Positions 59,146 to 64,000 of a stretch of DNA of 64,000 bases are shown here, one piece after another. Source of the stretch: the human T2T-CHM13v2.0 reference genome, Homo sapiens; assembly GCA_009914755.4 (NCBI GenBank), contig CP068257.2, positions 16,224,001-16,288,000 of the forward strand. The letters are read 5' to 3'. Position 1 is the stretch's first letter, and each line of letters opens with the position of its first letter. The translations under genes and the position numbers were made by a program. The notes beneath the pieces were generated by a model. It had not been told where the DNA came from and did no database searches. It saw only the letters and a list, made by a program, of their open reading frames with translations.

Positions 59146-61782
59146 TTCTTCAGTTTTATACAAGTCCCAAAGGCCAGGAACAAAATACTTGTTCTTAAGT
59201 AGCCCTATAATTTAGAAAAGGTGCCAAACTACTCATGTGGAACTAGAAAGATGGCAACACAAAGATAGCTTTAAACAATCACTTACTTGAGTTTTGAAAC
59301 AGGTTGAAGTCAAAGAAGCTGAGAGTCAGGAATTCTTTGGAGAGTGTTGTTGACATGCTGTTCTTCCCCTCTCCCTTTCTTTGGAAGAGAAGGATGTTGA
59401 GGAACGTGAGGGTCTCTTGGAGTTTGAGGGATAGAGTGTCTGATATTTGGCTCATGCCTGAGGAAGCTAAAGGTGAGAGGCTGTGGCTGGAGGTGCCTCT
59501 GCCCGGTAGCACCATACAAAGTGCTAAACAGGGAGCAAAGGCATGTACACAAGGGGGAGAATAAAAGTAGCATTTCCTGTGAAAGCTGTGTGAATGCAGA
59601 AAAGAGAGCTGGTCAGCATCCTCCGCTGGAGTATAGCTGATGGTGAAGGGACTTGAGGAGAGAAATGGGCAGCCAGAAGCCCAAGGGCCAGCAGGAGGGA
59701 GCAGTAAGTAGCCTGTGGGAGGAGAGGCAGTTGGTGCACTCTAGTGCAAAGGTGTCCGAGGGCTGTCTCCAAAAACCCTTTATTGGAGAATCAGCCTTGG
59801 AGACCGGAGAGAAATGATGTGAGATCACAACTGTGTCACCATGGAGCAGCTGTGCACTTTCCTGCCAACTCCTCTTCCCTGGGCCTGACCTAGCAGGAGA
59901 GGAGGTGAACAAGGAAGAGAAAGGAAGCCAGCTTCATCCTATTTGCCCATTGCAGGCTTCCAAGTCTGAAGCTGGGAGAGAAGAGAAGTTTTAACTTGAA
60001 ATGAGATTGTCATTATACAATTAGTCGGGACTGTTCTGACCTGGACTTTTTATTATCTGAAATCTCTAGACTGAAGGACTTTTTAGCTGAACATAACATA
60101 AAAATCAATAATACATGCTTGATATTGCATTCAGGGTAGAAATTAATAAGTCTACAGAAATAAGTTTTTCTTTTTTGTACATTGTCATCATATCCACCTT
60201 GTAAAACCAAATAGGTGCACTGCTAATCATTCTGTTATATTACCACAGAGCTTGTCCTTATCTGGCTCTGTTAAAAAAATGCTACATAAGAAGACAAAGA
60301 CACCAATCAATGATCACTCATTAAGCCTGTGGTCTGAATTAGTTAATACAGTTGGGAATCAGGATTAAGACATTCTAAAGGCAAATATTATAAAAAGAAT
60401 AGTCTGGAACATAAGTCACTGGAAGTTTAGGTTAAAGAGTGCATTAGTGAGCAATCTGGGCAGCCAAGCTCAAGGGAGGGGGCACTAGTGGCCGTGTGGG
60501 GTGGAAGAAAGGAAAGGACACACCCCTGAGGAGAATCCAATCTGCGTATGAGCAGCCTCTGTAAATTCCACCTGATGCGACCTCTAGTGGTCACTCTAGT
60601 ACCATGCTACAGTGTGCATATCCAAAATTGTGACCAGTCCATAACATGAAAGTTGACTCTCAGTTTTCACAGGTTTAAAATTTTAGAACTGTGCAGGCAG
60701 AGAGCTCTTAATACATATTAATGGTTTGATTGCTCAGGTGGAGAATGGGTGAAGATGTATGCACCTGGGCCAGTTTCCTGATAGCTGACTTTCATGCTGA
60801 GTGTAAATTTGGCCACACATTTGAAGTGTCAGAGGGCAAATAGGAAAGAATTAAATAACTCATTGATTTCTCAACTGACCTTTGGCATTATTCATAAAGA
60901 GTACATAGAAGGCTTTGAATAAATGCTTGTTGAATAAATAAACAAGGAGCTACTCCTTATGGAGTTTGCTTTTTCATTGTCATGAATTGGGAGATTTAAA
61001 TTATAGGAACTTAGTATGTTAACATCCACAAATTTTAAATTCGCCTGCGAGTAAAAGGATAAATTTATTTATAATAGATTTGGATGATTCCTATTTTTGT
61101 TATTTTATTCATTACATTTTATACAGGCAATCCAGGACTATAAGTGAGCCACACACTTTCTGAGTTCCTTTGAGTAAATGACTATTCCATGTTGGTTGTC
61201 CAGAAAGGTCAAATAGTGGACCCAATATCTTTTATTGGTTATTTTCAAAGTTTAGTAATGTAGTGATTATAAGTTTCTTTGAGATGTTTATTCTTTTTCT
61301 TTGTTTACTCATGAGGATATAATTTGAGATGTTTAATAGACAATTAGTATTTCAAAACTTATTTTAATTTGTGGTTTAATTAATAGTAATTTAATTAGTT
61401 CCAATAAGCATAATGAGAACATAAAAACTCTAAATTAGTAGGTGTAATGATTCTTGTCTTTCCTCAAGAGGGCAGCAAAACCGCACTGCTCAGTTCTCAA
61501 AGATCAGGATGAAAATCTTAAAAAGCTGATACACAGACAGCTTTCATATTAGTCCAACTAATTAAACATAACATGTGTTGATATTTGTATTGCCATTTTA
61601 CAAAAGTTTAGCTTTTCCTTTATGAAATGAAAAAAAAATCTACTTCTTTGTCTTAGGTTAGACAACAGAATTATACTTGCCTAGGGTCTCAACACACATT
61701 GTTTACACAAGGACAAATGATTAAGTAAGCTACTGAGGGTAACAAATAAATAAGGTGGTTTTTTTTTTTTTTTTTCCTGAAG

Positions 61783-62156
61783 TGTATTAGTCCATTCTCA
61801 TACTTCTATGAAGAAATACCTGAGATTGGATAGTTTATAAAGGAAAGAAGTTTAATTAACTCACAGTTCCTCATTGCTGGGGAGGCCTCAGGAAACTTAT
61901 AATCATGGCAGAAGGCAAAGGAGAAGCAAACACCTTCTTCACAGGGCCTCAGCATGGAGAGATGCAAGCAGGGGAAATGCCAGATGGTGATAAAACTATC
62001 AGATCTTGTGATACTCACTCACTGTCACGAGAACAACATGACAGAAACCGCCCCCACGATTCATTTACCTCCACCTGGTCCCGCCCTTGACACGTGGATT
62101 ATAGGGATTACAATTCAAGATGAGATTTTGGGTGGGGACACAGCCAAACCATATCA
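61783..62156 (-). mobile_element. Solo THE1/MST-type MaLR LTR, antisense
   Basis: tgtattagtccattctcatacttctatgaagaaatacctgagattggatagtttataaaggaaagaagtttaattaactcacagttcctcattgctggggaggcctcaggaaacttataatcatggcagaaggcaaaggagaagcaa...cccccacgattcatttacctccacctggtcccgcccttgacacgtggattatagggattacaattcaagatgagattttgggtggggacacagccaaaccatatca. Confidence 0.8.
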
Positions 62157-62350
62157 CCAAGTTACTAAAGTGATCGTACTTGAATACAGTTGGGAATCAG
62201 GATTAAGACTTTCTAAAGGCAAATATTATAAAAAGAATACTCTGGAACATAAGTCACTGGGAAGTTTAGGATAAAGAGTGCATTAGTGGGCAATCTGGGC
62301 CATTTTGGAAATTGCCTTTCTATAATCTATCCTAGGTAGAAAGACCTTTT

Positions 62351-62600
62351 AAATACACAGACACACACACACACACGCACACACACACAGACATACACAC
62401 ATATGTGTATGCATATATGTATATGTATGCATATATGTGTATATGTATGTATATGTATATCTGTGTGTATGTATGTATATCTGTGTGTATGTATATATGT
62501 ATATATGTATATATATGTATATATGTATATATGTATATATATGTATATATGTATATATGTATATATATGTATATGTATGTATGTGTGTGTGTATATATAT
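62351..62600. repeat. Long compound microsatellite: (AC)n at about 62351-62395, then (TATG/TATATG/TGTATA)n at about 62396-62600
   Basis: acacagacacacacacacacacgcacacacacacagacatacacacatatgtgtatgcatatatgtatatgtatgcatatatgtgtatatgtatgtatatgtatatctgtgtgtatgtatgtat...gtatatatgtatatatatgtatatatgtatatatgtatatatatgtatatgtatgtatgtgtgtgtgtatatatatatatc. This explains all the YIYIY/CVCVC ORFs in the track. Confidence 0.95.
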
Positions 62601-64000
62601 ATATCCCAGAGTTGAAGAAAACTTGAATATTGGCTCCAGAAAAATAGGGAAATGAGAGGGAGTTGAATATACCCCTGCCCACACGTATAGAATGGAATTT
62701 GGGCATTTCCTAGGCAGATTATAGATGAGGTTTGTCTTTAGCGCTTATAACATTGTCTTTGATATCCTCTCTGTTCCTGGCTTGCTACGTGCTGTTCTTA
62801 TATTTAGAAGGTGGTCATATGGTCCTGACAGTTGTTGCCTAATAGTGGTTCAAAACATTTCTTTTCTGTGGTATATTTGCATTTAATAGAGGACAGGAGA
62901 AGGCTGGAAGATTTTCAAGGCATAAAGGAATGGACTATAATGGATCCTCAGAGGCCTGCATCCTGCCCTGGGGCTCCTGCTTTCATTTTAATAGCAGCAG
63001 CTGTAGGGTGGGAACAGGGAGACCAGCACCTACATGTGCCACAATGACCAAATCCACCACTGTTTCTGCCAGAGGGAGGTACGAGTGGGCCATTCACCTT
63101 ATAGCTGCCTGCCTCCACTGCTCATGCTGATAGAATATTCTGATGGACCATAGAGTTGGAGCATTTGGTCCATAGTAGGTTTATCTTTTATATATAGTAG
63201 GCTTCCAATAAATAGTTGTTAAATGAATAAAGACCTCAAATGATAAATGAAAGATGTAGCTGCTCTTCCACCTACGCAACACACAGAATAAAAATCCTCT
63301 TCCTTTTTGTGAGGTTAACTAACTTTGATGGAGAAAAATTTATATTGTTACTGGAAAGGGTACAGGTATATTCAGCTGGAAGCATTTGATGATTCTTTGT
63401 TCCATTATATTGAATAGGTTCACTAGGGTTCAAAACAGGTTCAATGGCATGGTGGCCATCATAAACAAATTTAAAGTTCGAATTTAAGGGTTGTTCTCAT
63501 CTTTCAAATATTTAAAGATCTTGTAAGAATTAATATTTATCAAGCACTTATTCTTTGCAAATCCCTATGCTAGTTTTGTTTTGACATTTACTGCACAGTA
63601 TAAAAAGAATAAACTATACTCTTGTCTTCAATGAATTTATAGTCTCCCTGGAGTTCCAAGACTAGCACACATGAAAACATCACTAAAGAAGGTACAGTAT
63701 AGATCATTAATGCAAATGAGTAAGTGCCATGTCCCGGGATTAAAAGGGTTCTGAAAAGGGAAAGTCAATAAGAGGTAGAGATGCTGGGGGAAGGCTACCC
63801 AAAGAAAAAGGACCTTGAGGTGACTCCTAAAGTACAGGTAGAGTTTGGATACAGAGACAAAGCGGGGTGTCCTAGGAATAACAGCTGTATAAAGATGTAA
63901 GAAGTGCTGAGCATGGTACGTTTTAGAAAACAGATTAGAAAATAACTGCAAATTGGGTAACAGTGGGGGCCAAAGTTGGAAAAGTGATTAGGTTTTTAGA

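Noticed and set aside
62332-62706. Overlapping ORFs encoding poly-(YI)/(CV)/(MY) peptides on both strands.
   Set aside because: They are translations of the (AC)n/(TATG)n compound microsatellite.

Overview
This window reads as ordinary human (catarrhine primate) genomic DNA, intergenic or intronic, and roughly half of it is interspersed repeats. I see no CRISPR array, operon, rRNA or tRNA gene, and no exon I can support. Almost every ORF in the supplied six-frame track is explained by transposable-element sequence: L1 ORF1/ORF2 remnants, a THE1 gag-like ORF, an ERV pol remnant, Alu-derived 'SPRLECSG...' pseudo-ORFs, or microsatellite translations.

Features I can support from the sequence:
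- About 21 Alu elements, several with clear target-site duplications (TSDs) and intact CpG-rich young AluY/AluS cores.
- Six L1 pieces: a near full-length old L1 on the minus strand at about 29.9-37.15 kb that carries a nested Alu and a nested solo LTR7; a young 5'-truncated L1PA with a 15-bp TSD; and old L1M/L1PB fragments.
- A complete THE1-type MaLR provirus (LTR-internal-LTR) with a 5-bp TSD, and a THE1-like solo LTR.
- Three MST-type LTRs and MLT1-type LTR fragments.
- An antisense class-I (gamma-like) ERV pol remnant.
- A MADE1 (Hsmar1-derived) hairpin MITE.
- Several microsatellites.

I do not find evidence for a novel biological system. The items that deserve a second look are:
- the roughly 75-150 bp AT-rich near-perfect palindrome at 8.6-8.75 kb;
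- the nested solo LTR7 inside L1 ORF1;
- the intact THE1 provirus;
- the MADE1 hairpin;
- a local 125-bp duplication at 60.3 and 62.2 kb;
- the long compound (AC)n/(TATG)n tract.

Family and subfamily names are from memory of consensus sequences and are not database-verified. Coordinates are approximate to within about 10 bp except where a TSD is quoted.
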